Of a stretch of DNA of 64,000 nt, positions 32,740 through 43,778 are shown in pieces. The DNA is from Trypanosoma brucei (Eukaryota). Position 1 is the stretch's first letter; each line of letters begins with the position of its first letter. The notes under the pieces are model-generated. The model was given only the letters and a program-made list of their open reading frames with translations. It was not told the origin of the DNA and made no database searches. The stretch covers positions 2,080,001-2,144,000 of the forward strand of contig CP000070.1 of NCBI GenBank assembly GCA_000002445.1, written 5' to 3'. A program made the position numbers and the translations under genes.

Positions 32740-34929
32740 CTACACTTCATTCAGCATCCTATCGATGTCCTGAGGGTTAAGGAAGCCCGTGCTGTTCATT
32801 GTACTGTTATTGGTTTCGCTGCGCCCCCGACGACTGTGGCGTCGCCCACCCTCGCCACCGCTTTGGTCATCCCAGTCATTAAAATCTCCACTACGAGCAT
32901 TACGGCTGCCATCGCGGTGGCCCCTCCGACGGCTGCGGCTGCGGCGCCCGCGGTCCGCTTGAATATCACCTTCGTCCTCACCCGTAACAGAGCGCCCCGG
33001 TGAAGTTCCAAAGCCGGAGGGTTCCATGGTTTCTCCCGTCTCCGCCCCGCCGCGGCTATGACTGCGGTCACCCCTCCGTCTGCTGTGATCCCTGCGGCGA
33101 CGGCGACTGCGCTCATGCACTTCCCCTCCCTCAGCCTCGTCACCCGTCATACTGCTCTGCATCATCCGCTGCTGCTGTTGTAGTTGTTGCTGCACATGTT
33201 GTTGTTGTTGTTGCTGTTGTAGCTGTTGCCCGTGGGGCTGCATTTGCCCCGGGTTCATGGGTACCTGTGGGTACGAACCGGGTTGGGCCCCGGCGGCCCA
33301 GTTAGAGGCATACCGAAGGCTCGGCATGGATGGATCACGATCAATCGTGCTTTCGTCAACACATGAAGCGAAAAATGGTTTGCCCGTTCCGGTGAGCAGC
33401 CGCCATTGGCTGTCTGAGAAGCCGAGCCGCCTTGTATCCGCAAAATCCATAAAGAACATGTCGAGGCGGATGCAGCCCGGCATCTCATCTAGGGGAACAT
33501 CCGGTCGCAAGTTACCAAGCCCGGGATTACACATAGTTCTGTAGATGAGCCAAGGTATGATGAGCACAAACCACAACGCAATCTCAATCAGAATGTTTGA
33601 AATTGGCCACGCAAGGTAGATCGTCACACAGACGACTGTTGCGATAAACCGCTGATGGAATGCTGTGAGGAACTGCTGTAGCTCGCCACTTGCCCTGTCT
33701 CTATATTGCTGCGACTGTGCCATGTAGGATGCCATTAGCGTGTACGTCCACGTAACCACAGCAAAACCCATTACGAACCATGCGCAACGCATGGTCTCAT
33801 AGAAGGGTGTGCCATAGACTTGTATGGGATCAGCTGCACCCGTTCTCGGTGACATCTGCAACCCGGGCTGCATCTGGGTATTTTGACTGCCTTGTTGTGA
33901 GTCGTTAATGGTGGCGTCCAGCTGCCCTTTCACGCTTGGATAGCCCATTGCTGACCCTTGGTGACCCCCATGTTGATGTTGACTTGATGCCAGAGGATCG
34001 TTCTCATCGTTTGCCCCCCTGTTGCTCCGGCGGTGGAAGTTGATCAAATAAGCATACAAAAGAGTGAAGAGGGAATATATCATGGCCAGGAAATACATGG
34101 CGTTCCGTTGCGTACTCCACGTTTTCAGCTGTACTGTAAGTGCGAAAGCATCGATACCATCCCCCATGCACAACCTTGAATCGGTAAAGAATCCGTCAGT
34201 GCACCCACCGCTACTGGAAACAATATTACTGTTTATTTTCGCCTGTAGGGCCCTCGTGTTCGGTACCTTAAACTTGACAAGGATGTTGTCTTTGTCGCCA
34301 AGCGACATTACAGTGGCGAAGGCCGAGGTACTGAGCAGAAAGAAAAATACCATAGCGACAAATGTCCTATCACACATGGAGGCACAACAATTCAGTGGCC
34401 CCCCCGGCTCGGTGGGCGGTCCACAACAATACGGATTCGTCCCTTCGGTGGCGGTGCAGCAGCAACCACTACTGGCGGCACCCGGCCTCTCATAGTTGCA
34501 ACAACCCGGTACCGCGGCCGCTTCAGAGTACCTTCGGTCGTACATATTGGGGTTCCCCCTGTATCCCTGATAATTTGGCGGTGGGTAACCCCACATTGGT
34601 TGCTGCCCGTTGGAGTCTCCTTGCATTTGCTGCTGCTGAAATTGCTGCGGCGGTGCTTGCTGCATCTGCATCTGTTGTTGCGGCTGCTGCTGCATCTGTT
34701 GCTGTGGTATTTGTTGCATTTGGGCATCCGGCAACATTTGCATATGCACTTGTTGTTGTGGTTGCTGTGGCTGCTGCGGAGGTGTACCATTTGAATATCC
34801 GCTGTAAGGCCGCGCATATGGCATGCTGTACCCACTGTTTGCAGCATTCCACTGCTGCATGTTGCCAGGTGGGCTCATTTGTTGCTGTGGGTACATCGTA
34901 CCGTCACCTGACCCGTAGCGCACAAACAA
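32740..34929 (-). CDS. Multi-pass membrane protein with Gln/Pro-rich N-terminus and Gln-rich, Arg/Ser-rich acidic C-terminal tail
   Basis: 729 aa with at least four strongly hydrophobic helices (FVAMVFFFLLSTSAFATVM, YFLAMIYSLFTLLYAYLINF, FVMGFAVVTWTYTLMASYM, IATVVCVTIYLAWPISNILIEIALWFVLIIPWLIY). Both termini carry poly-Q. The C-terminus reads RSRRRRRDHSRRRGDRSHSRGG. Confidence 0.7.
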   Translation of the reverse strand: MFVRYGSGDGTMYPQQQMSPPGNMQQWNAANSGYSMPYARPYSGYSNGTPPQQPQQPQQQVHMQMLPDAQMQQIPQQQMQQQPQQQMQMQQAPPQQFQQQQMQGDSNGQQPMWGYPPPNYQGYRGNPNMYDRRYSEAAAVPGCCNYERPGAASSGCCCTATEGTNPYCCGPPTEPGGPLNCCASMCDRTFVAMVFFFLLSTSAFATVMSLGDKDNILVKFKVPNTRALQAKINSNIVSSSGGCTDGFFTDSRLCMGDGIDAFALTVQLKTWSTQRNAMYFLAMIYSLFTLLYAYLINFHRRSNRGANDENDPLASSQHQHGGHQGSAMGYPSVKGQLDATINDSQQGSQNTQMQPGLQMSPRTGAADPIQVYGTPFYETMRCAWFVMGFAVVTWTYTLMASYMAQSQQYRDRASGELQQFLTAFHQRFIATVVCVTIYLAWPISNILIEIALWFVLIIPWLIYRTMCNPGLGNLRPDVPLDEMPGCIRLDMFFMDFADTRRLGFSDSQWRLLTGTGKPFFASCVDESTIDRDPSMPSLRYASNWAAGAQPGSYPQVPMNPGQMQPHGQQLQQQQQQQHVQQQLQQQQRMMQSSMTGDEAEGGEVHERSRRRRRDHSRRRGDRSHSRGGAETGETMEPSGFGTSPGRSVTGEDEGDIQADRGRRSRSRRRGHRDGSRNARSGDFNDWDDQSGGEGGRRHSRRGRSETNNSTMNSTGFLNPQDIDRMLNEV

Positions 34930-35600
34930 ATGGGGGTCACTAAAGTTGCGTTTGCTTTCAAATGCACTTTCCTTTTATATCTGCCCACTCCCCGTGCCAC
35001 TACTGCTTGTTCCGCCCCTATTAAACGCTGCCTTGTAGCACAAGAAGCGACTACTAAAAATTCTTACGACATAAAGAATCAACGCAAAAAGGGTAAGGAT
35101 ACAGCAAAAAAAGGTTTATTGTCGTCGATGCTGCAAAGACAACTTACAGTAGCGCATACAAACTCAAATGTTGGCCCAACGGCAACACAGCGAAACAGAA
35201 CGCACAGACGCACACGTACGCATAAAATTCACGCCTCCTCTGCTACTTTTTCACATCTTCCTCTGATGCATCAACTACTTTAGGGGGCTGATGGAGTTGC
35301 AAGCCCTTGGCTCATCCTTCAGGCACGTATAGCTCAGTGGAAATTTTTTTCTTTTTTCTTTTTCTCTTGTCCGCGCAAGGAGGACGTGAGGTTTTGATTC
35401 CCAACTCGTCCGCACTTTTCTTCCCTTCTATGCATCCTTTTCATGAAGATGTTAACGTTGCCACATCGCATTTCTTCTGCCGTTTCCGGCACCTCCGATT
35501 AACGTATTCGACATGACCGACGGGTGATCAAACATACGAACTCGTAAACAAACAAACAAATAAATGAGGAAATGTCGGGCACTATCGACATGGCTTTCCC

Positions 35601-36839
35601 TCAAATATGCCGATAGTCGTAGTCCTCCGGATTCATTCCTGCGTCCTCGATACTACTGTTGGATTGCGACATCTCAGGTGCTCCCAACTTGGTCAGCCCC
35701 CTAACCCACCACTCCAACTCTTGCTCAGTGTTAATGACTTGCTTGTTTCCGAACTCCAATCGCAGCTCTGTCCACTCCTCCCGACGCGTATTGTTTTCGC
35801 CACCACCATCGGCATTTCCCGCGTCGAGACTCTCCTGCGTGCCCATGGCCCAGAGTCCCTTTTGGTCGATTTCAAACACAAACGCATTCGCTAGCTTCAG
35901 GGAATAGTTCATATTGAGTGAGGGGACCAACTTCTGCCGTGCAAGATTAAGCATCCTCACGAAGCGCGGTGAGCAGCGACACAACGGATCGGGTTCTGCG
36001 ATGAGTGGTTCCCACACACGATGTGTCTGTGAAGTGCAGTCCATCCACAGTTGTACATCGGGCTTTAGTCGCAGTACCGCAAAAGCATCAGGCTTAATCA
36101 CATACACCGGGCGCTCTTCGTCTTCCTCTGGTGTCGGGTTTCGCTCACGTTCTCGAAATTTCGCCCGCCAATCACTGCTACTCATACGCCTCATCCGCTT
36201 TTCATCTTCTTCCCGCTCCCGACGCTCAATCGTAACGATCTCCTCCTCAGTTTTACTTTCCTTTCGGTTCCACATCTCCTGTGCGATGCTGTGGATTACC
36301 GGATGACGAACGAATGTACGTTCCCAAGCTTCCTGCAGGAGATCGCCCGAAAGCACTTCGAACCGACCTGAGACAATGGCCCGTGGTGGGAGGGTGCCAA
36401 GTTGCTTAAACCAGTGGAACAACTGCGGGTCGGTATGACCAAACATGAAACTACCACGCGGGCAGTCAACGATGTTGCGGAAATGGTCCGAGTTCTTCGG
36501 AATCGCAATCAAAAGGGACCATTTGTCATCACGGTCGCGGTCGAACTTGTGAACTGCATGAGGCTGCAAATCGCTCTTCACGGGTGAGTTAGCACCGTCA
36601 TTGTTGTTGTTCTCACCACCACCTCCACTTTTATTATCGCTATCGTTGTTACTACCCCCATAGTCGAAGGGGATGCTTGCATCCTTGAGACGACGTACAT
36701 TGCTTGTGGTAAGTTGGCCTAAGCGATAAGTCCACATCATGTTGTAGAAGCGAGCGGGCAAGATATCGCCGAGGTTCGACTTGACTTTGGTCTTAATTGT
36801 CTTTGCTACCCCAACCCCAACATTTCCGCCTGAAGACAT
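35601..36839 (-). CDS. Hypothetical protein, 412 aa
   Basis: Clean ORF on the transcription-unit strand. It has a Gly/Asn-rich linker and a charged ERRERE segment. No recognisable domain. Confidence 0.65.
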   Translation of the reverse strand: MSSGGNVGVGVAKTIKTKVKSNLGDILPARFYNMMWTYRLGQLTTSNVRRLKDASIPFDYGGSNNDSDNKSGGGGENNNNDGANSPVKSDLQPHAVHKFDRDRDDKWSLLIAIPKNSDHFRNIVDCPRGSFMFGHTDPQLFHWFKQLGTLPPRAIVSGRFEVLSGDLLQEAWERTFVRHPVIHSIAQEMWNRKESKTEEEIVTIERREREEDEKRMRRMSSSDWRAKFRERERNPTPEEDEERPVYVIKPDAFAVLRLKPDVQLWMDCTSQTHRVWEPLIAEPDPLCRCSPRFVRMLNLARQKLVPSLNMNYSLKLANAFVFEIDQKGLWAMGTQESLDAGNADGGGENNTRREEWTELRLEFGNKQVINTEQELEWWVRGLTKLGAPEMSQSNSSIEDAGMNPEDYDYRHI

Positions 36840-37790
36840 AAGTTTTACTTTGCTTCACCTCACACCCACACGCAAAAATAAAAAGAGTTCGATCGCCGCG
36901 TCAGGGGCCTTGCCTTCAAAAAAAAAAAAGACTGGTGGTGAGCTACACTGTTGGTAGCTAGTGTGCAAGTCGGTAGAAGATGAAACCGCACAGCACCCTA
37001 TACATGGGAGTACAACTCACGTTTACAATAGAGGCAAGCGAATAACAGGAAGAATCCAAACATGACCAAAAATAACTGATATAAGTGTTTCGTATATTCA
37101 CCAAATGTATCCGTACAGCGGGGTATTCGGTAATTACGGGGGAAAAGCAACCGCATGTGTGTGCGTGCGGCAAAAGATGACGCCCCCTCCGATAAACGTG
37201 ACCCATATATATCAAATTATAAGGTGGCATTTCGACAGCTCACGAGCACAGCAAAAGGAGACCGCAAGAAATCAACAAAAAAAGCAAAGGAAAAGCTCGC
37301 ACTCTTCACCCCCCCCAAAAAAAAATACAATGAGATCACTACACACCATTCGCCACAAAAATTTGGCAGCCACCACAGGCGGAAGGAAGCTCCAACTTTA
37401 CATCCCCCCATCACGGTTTAGTTCCATGCTCCGCTGCTGCATCGTAGGCTACAAAATTTTTATACGTTTGTGTCTTCAATCGAACCCCTCGCCTGTTACG
37501 CACAAATTTACCACACAGACAGACACAAGTGTATACATGTATACATTACATGCAACGCCCGCCATTTCCTTTGGCCCATTTTCATCGTTCACACCTTTGC
37601 AAATATCACGACCACATTACCCTCTTTTTCTTCATCACCTCTCCCTTTTCAGGCTATGCGTTCCGCCATGTACTTTGGCATCCTTTCTTCCGTTCGCCTG
37701 TCTATGTTCCACTCTGCGACCGTGGTTCAAAATGTTTCGCATCATTAACTTTCCCCCCTTCACCCCAACAGCTGCACCGCCACTCTCCAT

Positions 37791-39137
37791 TCAGATCAAC
37801 GCCATGCGTTCGACTAGGAAAGCTGCAGCACCATAACTCAAAAACATCAAGACGAGAAGGGCGGTTAACGGAATGCCCTTTTGATTCTTCACGGCAGCGA
37901 CGGCGGACGTCGCGGGGGGAATGCGCATTATCACATCCGCTACAGCCGTACGGCGGCACCCCACTGAGCTCTCACCAGGAATTCCGTTCATTGCTTCGGT
38001 GCCAGTGCCTGCTGGTGAGGCGATGTTATTACTACCCCCACCCATCCCCGGATCGGCTTCTGGCGTTTTCATTTGCGAGATACTGGCTGCCTCTTCAGGG
38101 TGGATGCGGGGCCCACTGCGCAAAGCTTTAATGCCAAACTTCAGCGCCTGCAATTCGCCACCTCCGGCGGAGCTGGTGGGACCGGCAGCTGCACCATCAT
38201 TGTTAGTTGCACACGCTGGATCCCGTCGGAGCCGGTCACTTAACTTTCTGTGAATCATAGAGGTTACAAGTCGTGCATTCGGTGGTACAACCACCTGCTC
38301 CTCCTCATGACGTTCACTACTTCGATGGCTACCACTGTTGACGCTACTGGCGGTGCGCTGGACCTCATCACTGCTAATGGCACGGTTGTGTGCCCTGTGA
38401 CTCCTATTCTTGTCACTGTTGTTTCTCACAGCGCTGCCGTAGGCATCAGCCACAGCAGCCCCACTGTTGCAGTGCTTGTTGTCGTTACTAATAGTCATTG
38501 CAGTGGCCGTCGTCGAGGCATTGCTTGTAGCGGTTCCTGAGGCTTCATCACCTCCATCATTATGACTATGGTCGCTGAACCCTTCCCCCCTGCGGCCCTG
38601 CGTCTCATGCAGAGCCCTAACAACACCTCTCGTGTACGCTCGCAGGAACACTGTAGGACCTTGTGTTGCCTTTAGTTTACCTTCCGACACTTGCTCCCAC
38701 AACTCTCGTGCTGCCGTCTCAACGGTATTGGAACCCCTTCTATGAGGTCGTGAGAGTTCCTGAGTTAGGTGCTCGTGTGTTGCGGCGTCGGGCACGACGA
38801 GAAGGTACTCAATTGCAAAGCGGTCGCTATTATCCCTCCGCAGTGACGGTGGTGGCGGCTCTAATGGGTCGTCAGACTGCGGCCGAAGTCCGAAAGTAAT
38901 CGAAACAGCTGGTGGTTGTGGAGGTTTGCGACCGCTGTCATCGCTCACTAAGATGGTTCCATACCGTGGCACGATGTAGAACTTGTGTGGATTAGAGGCC
39001 TTGACCTTGAAAAGGACCACGCTGCGTGGCTGCTGAGCCGAGGCGGTGGCTGGGGCCCGCCACGTAAGAGTAACGATATTGTCCACAGACTCACCATCCG
39101 GAAAGTACAGACCGCTGCAGGACGCCACCAGTGCCAT
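37791..39137 (-). CDS. VAP-like protein: N-terminal MSP domain plus C-terminal transmembrane anchor
   Basis: The N-terminal segment VVLFKVKASNPHKFYIVPRYGTILVSDD matches the MSP-domain core (FKVKTT.P..Y.VRP..G.I). It is followed by a long disordered region and a C-terminal hydrophobic helix, IPLTALLVLMFLSYGAAAFLV. Confidence 0.65.
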   Translation of the reverse strand: MALVASCSGLYFPDGESVDNIVTLTWRAPATASAQQPRSVVLFKVKASNPHKFYIVPRYGTILVSDDSGRKPPQPPAVSITFGLRPQSDDPLEPPPPSLRRDNSDRFAIEYLLVVPDAATHEHLTQELSRPHRRGSNTVETAARELWEQVSEGKLKATQGPTVFLRAYTRGVVRALHETQGRRGEGFSDHSHNDGGDEASGTATSNASTTATAMTISNDNKHCNSGAAVADAYGSAVRNNSDKNRSHRAHNRAISSDEVQRTASSVNSGSHRSSERHEEEQVVVPPNARLVTSMIHRKLSDRLRRDPACATNNDGAAAGPTSSAGGGELQALKFGIKALRSGPRIHPEEAASISQMKTPEADPGMGGGSNNIASPAGTGTEAMNGIPGESSVGCRRTAVADVIMRIPPATSAVAAVKNQKGIPLTALLVLMFLSYGAAAFLVERMALI

Positions 39138-39982
39138 TTTTAAGAAGCATGCTTAAGACGAAGGGAAAGAATAATGCGAACACAAATTAATGAGCACCAG
39201 TGTAAACATATGTTGGTACGTGCGCGGCAAACATCAGCGTAGATATGCGCTTACATGGCTGTTTGAAGGAACACAAAAGGAAAGGCGTCAGCACAAATGC
39301 AGGTTGGACAAAGAGTGTGTAGACCGGTTAGGAAGTACCGCTTCGCAACATTAAGATGAAGGGCCCTGTGTGGAAGGCACCGGTCAAAGGGGAAGGGATA
39401 GAGCAGCGGCAAGCTTCAACTCAACATAAACCCAAGCGGCTGCACACAGTGACAAAATATTCACCAGCCCCCTCAAGTAAACACTTCACATGGGTAGAGA
39501 AGCGGGCAGCCTCATATCTCGTTCAAAATAGTTACAGAAACAATAGGATGGTGCAACAGAAGGCGATTCAAGAGGGGTCGCTGCCTGTTCGCTTTTTTCC
39601 CCGTGACCACAGTGGAAGTAACCTGACAGCTGGACACGGAACGACGACATCCGATAGCAGCGTTTCCCTCTTCACCATTTCCATACAAACTTCATCAACA
39701 GCACTTATTGCCAACATAGGTTAAATGCACCACTTCAAGTAGCGTCCGCAAACAACATCGACCTTCAGTCGACAGGAGGGGAAACTGGGGAGGTACCTGC
39801 CAGTAGTTGGATCCCACCCATTTGAGCGATCCGCTACATGCCAGTGTTAACTCACAAGAACGTGACTGTACCTGTGTTGTCCTATATTCCCTCACTTCAA
39901 AGAGGGGAAAAAAGGGAGGAACTGCTGCAAAGAAAAGAAAAGGAGAGAACAACAAGAAAACAAACGGTCGGTTCACTGTTAT

Positions 39983-39984
<2 letters not shown>

Positions 39985-40020
<36 letters not shown>
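39985..40020. repeat. (AC)18 microsatellite
   Basis: Visible acacac... run. Confidence 0.95.
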
Positions 40021-40022
<2 letters not shown>

Positions 40023-40946
40023 CTGCTCCGCTTCGTGGTGTTCGTGTTTTCCCATTTAATTTAGCCATCACTGGAGCTCATTGTGCATTGTTGCGGTGTG
40101 GCCGCTAGTCACTCATCGAAGACACTGCAAGGCTAACCAAAAGCTCACTAAAACGTGTAGATACTTATGACATACGCTGTATTCAAGGGGAAACTAATAC
40201 ACTCTCTATGGACAGATGCATACATATATAGAAATAAACAAATATACGATCTTTCATCCACCACCTTTCGTTTCCTCTCTTCTTTTCATCTGACTGCTCC
40301 GCAGCAGTCTCCATCGCTCACCGCGTCTTCTTTTTCAAACCCCTCACCATCCTTTCGCCCTGATTTGCCGGCCCCCAGGTCAGATTTGTGAGAGCGAAGG
40401 AAGATAAGCAAATGAACAAGCCAATAACCCCCTGATTCTTTGACCGGTACGCATGCTTGTGCATGCTCCGGTCCAAGCATGAGGGACATCATCCGCAACT
40501 CAGTAAACGCAGACGCACGCAATGATGTGATATCCGTGTGTAACGACACAGACTCATTTACGTACGCCCTTGTAATCTATACATCATCCGGAGTCTGGGA
40601 TTAGCGTTGGGAGTATGACAAACGAAGAGATAGCAATACAAGAAAAGGTTTGCGTGTCAGCGCATCACCTCCCCCTTCCCAAACCAGGAAGGCCAACACC
40701 CCCCTCCGATGTTAAACCGCGATTCCACCTCCTTTCCCCTAACTTTGCGTTGTCCTTACTTTTCCTTTTCTCTATCTTTTTTCCACTCCGCACGAAACTT
40801 TATAAGCTATCTCTTCACGGCCATTTCGAATCCTCAGCCATGCCGTTTCCCCTCGACAACTCTTCCTCAACCTATCCACAAAGGCAGGCGTATACACAAA
40901 GTGCCCGTCCATCTCTTCATAAAGTCGTACTGTTTCCCACCACTGC

Positions 40947-41984
40947 TTAAGCTCCGTTGAACCGCATCAACTTTTCCACTTCTTCCTCACGCACCTCATC
41001 AAAGTATGAGTGTTGAAGAGCCTCATAAGCGGTTATACGTTCCCTCGGGTTGTAGCACAGCATGCGCCGCAGTAAATCTACACCGTCGTCGTCCAACGCG
41101 GGAACTGCAGTGCGCAGTGGCTTCGCGGTCCACCGCGGGAAGTTAACGTTGTGGTGGGGTAGCGATGTGACGCCGCGCCAAGTTGCCTCCGTCGGTGTGC
41201 CGAGCAACTGGAATATGGAAAAGAGCTGATTGATGGCGGTATCCCCCGCGAAGAGCGACCTGCGACGGGCAAGTTCAGCAAAGACACACCCCATCGACCA
41301 CACATCCACAGCGGGGAGGTACTGTTTGTCCCCAAGGAGCACCTCGGGGGCACGGTACCACAGCGTCATAACCTCCGTTGTGTATGTCTGCAGGGGCACA
41401 CGGAAGGCACGACCAAGTCCAAAATCGGCAAGTTTCACGACAGACTCCTTGCGGTCAATAAGAATATTGCTTGGCTTAATGTCACGGTGGACGAAGCGGC
41501 GACTGTGGCACTCATGCAAGCCAAGAAGCAGCTGAAACATGATACGACGAAGCTTGCCGCCAACGAAGGCGGTGTTCCGTTGCTTCAGCATCCCTTGCAA
41601 GTCTTGCTCCATGTATTCAAATATGAGCAACAGCTTCGCCTCATGCAGTACCACATCGAGAAGCCGTACCACGTATGGGTGATTCAGTTCGCGTAGCAGT
41701 GATACCTCGCGGACGGCGGTGGAAGGTACGCCGCCGTCGTTTACGATAAGCGGGATCCGCTTCATAGCTACAGTGCGGCCGGTAAAGTTGTCGTGGCACT
41801 TGTACACAATACCGTAGGAACCTTCACCAACCTTCTCTATTCGGCTATACCGGTCCGGGGTGGACGTACCTCGGAGCGGGGCGGGGCGCAGCGAGCGCGG
41901 CACGAAAGAAGCAGGGCCAGCAGAAGGAAGTGGTCGCAGCGAACCATCACATGCCGTCTGTCCTTCCTGCACCTGCACCTGCAT
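40947..41984 (-). CDS. CRK2: cdc2-related protein kinase (CDK family) with a ~43-aa N-terminal extension
   Basis: GEGSYGIVYKC glycine loop, PSTAVRE cyclin-binding helix, HRDIKPSNILI, DFGLGRAF, WYRAPEVLLG. Length is 345 aa. The locus context (NTR upstream, tandem ATPase alpha downstream) matches T. brucei chr7. The symbol is assigned from memory of that locus. Confidence 0.85.
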   Translation of the reverse strand: MQVQVQEGQTACDGSLRPLPSAGPASFVPRSLRPAPLRGTSTPDRYSRIEKVGEGSYGIVYKCHDNFTGRTVAMKRIPLIVNDGGVPSTAVREVSLLRELNHPYVVRLLDVVLHEAKLLLIFEYMEQDLQGMLKQRNTAFVGGKLRRIMFQLLLGLHECHSRRFVHRDIKPSNILIDRKESVVKLADFGLGRAFRVPLQTYTTEVMTLWYRAPEVLLGDKQYLPAVDVWSMGCVFAELARRRSLFAGDTAINQLFSIFQLLGTPTEATWRGVTSLPHHNVNFPRWTAKPLRTAVPALDDDGVDLLRRMLCYNPRERITAYEALQHSYFDEVREEEVEKLMRFNGA

Positions 41985-42805
41985 CGTGGGGAAGGGGATG
42001 GAGAGTCAGAGTCTTGATGCAAAAACCTGTGGATCCGGCTCCTTGTCCACGAGTGTGAGCGTTTTTTTCCCCTACCCAATCCCTGTTCCTCCTTCTCACC
42101 CTGTATGTGTTTGTTCACTTGCTGCTAGTCTACCGCGCCGACACGTGTGGTCCCAAGAATTATGCGCCCCTTTTGCTCCTTTTCGACACACTAGCTAGTC
42201 ACTTGCGGGCAACACTCCCCACGTTATGCTTTCGTACCCAACGACGGCAGCGTATTGTCCTTACAAGCTAACCCGTAAACCTTCCTTGTTTTTTTTCCCC
42301 TCACAGATGGTATGACAAAAAGAGCACTTGGGAAACAAAGGCAGTTCCCGAGTGAACGAAGGCAGAAGCAAAAATATAATGGCAGGGGTAACCTTACGAC
42401 TTTCTTCACCCTTACTGCTGGTTGTTTCCTCTACCTGGTGGCCACTGAGGAGGGAATAAGATGGGGGGAGCTGAGGAGAACGAAATGGAAGGGCAACAAA
42501 CACGTTAACTTGCAAATACCTGCGGGACGCACGAACTTCGTTGCAAAGCATCAGCCATCCGCCGTCACACGTCTGCATCTCAGAGGCACCGGTACTGTTA
42601 CTGCTGTACTGGCGTGCATCCTCACGACGGATACATAAATATACGCTTGGTCGCTAGGTCTCGGTAGCTGGTAGGTGCCATTCCGCATCTGATCGCATAC
42701 TTCATATAAAGCCTACGAGGAAAACGCGTGTCCTCTGTGCATTTTTCTCCCTTCGCCGCGCCCAAACGGCCATCGTCCAGCCCGTTCACCGCACTCATTG
42801 ACATA

Positions 42806-43084
42806 TCAGTTAACCTGATACGATTGGGGAGCGAGAGTAATTGTTCTGATCTGCTCCCCCCGGATGAAGCGAAGGGATGCCGGTGCCGCCCCCTCGATTG
42901 ACGGCAGGTGCCCCGTAGTGCTCCAATCCTTCAGCATGATGTTGCAATGGTCGTCCACCGCCAGTAGTGTACCAGAAGTTGTCTCTCTATTCACGGTGTG
43001 CACGCGGACGGGGCAGTCCACGCTCTGCAGCAGAAACACGAAGGGATCCATGGCTTCAAACAGGGCGCGAGAAGTTTGCATCAC
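42806..43084 (-). CDS. Sm-like (LSm/Sm fold) protein, 92 aa
   Basis: Sm1-like VRVHTVNRETTSGTLLAVDDHCNIMLKD and Sm2 LRFIRGEQIRTITL (IRGxxIxxI). Confidence 0.65.
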   Translation of the reverse strand: MMQTSRALFEAMDPFVFLLQSVDCPVRVHTVNRETTSGTLLAVDDHCNIMLKDWSTTGHLPSIEGAAPASLRFIRGEQIRTITLAPQSYQVN

Positions 43085-43227
43085 ACGCGATCGGCAATGG
43101 AAGGATAAGAGCGCGAAAAAAGATTAAAAAGATAAAATACGGAAAGAATCAGCATTTCAATGGGAAACGAAAATCGTTGTTAACGGTAGCCAAGGAGTCA
43201 GAGGGGACCAATTGAAGTCAGCGGGGT

Positions 43228-43242
43228 GGGGGGGGGGGGGGG
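43228..43242 (-). promoter_or_regulatory. Poly(C) run on the minus strand (G15 on +) within a pyrimidine-rich stretch ~145 nt upstream of the Sm-like gene; candidate trans-splicing polypyrimidine tract
   Basis: gggtgggggggggggggggcgg on the + strand; the minus-strand equivalent is pyrimidine-only. In kinetoplastids the polypyrimidine tract directs both the downstream spliced-leader acceptor and upstream polyadenylation. Confidence 0.35.
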
Positions 43243-43778
43243 CGGAGAAAAATAAGGTAAAAAGATGGGGCAAAACGAGGCTTGCTCAAGACAAGAAGAC
43301 ACAGAGGGAAGCGCGCGTGGACAAATGGAAATGACGAAAGAGGCGACGACACATCTACTCAACTTCGTAAACCTCATCTAGTGCCCTTCATCTGCGGCTT
43401 CATCAAGCAGTAAAAAGAGCACAGTGCACCTTTACGCTGCGCATCGTTCCACCCGGTTAGCACCTGGGAGCGAAGTGCCCCTGCCGGTCCGGCCACAACT
43501 CCTTTTCTAACCTTCTTTCTGCCATTCTTCCTGCTTTCCCTCTTTAAGAGGCTGTTACATGAGGGCTCGACAGGAATCACATCTCGAAAGAAGGCGACGC
43601 AGCGAACACCAAAGCAACAATGGGACAATCCCAACGCATCTCCTTTTTCAGCTTCGTGGAGGATTTGCATGTTCATGAGACTGCTTATGAAAAAAAAAAA
43701 GGAGTAATGACACAACACAGGGGGCAACGCAGGGGAGGGACAAACCCTTCCTCCTTCCCTCACACACACCTATTGCAC

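Noticed and set aside
43374-43769. 131-aa ORF between the Sm-like gene and the giant repeat gene
   Set aside because: It starts 10 nt below the stop of the upstream gene, inside what should be its 3'UTR and polyadenylation region. It has an FFFF/low-complexity core and no motif.
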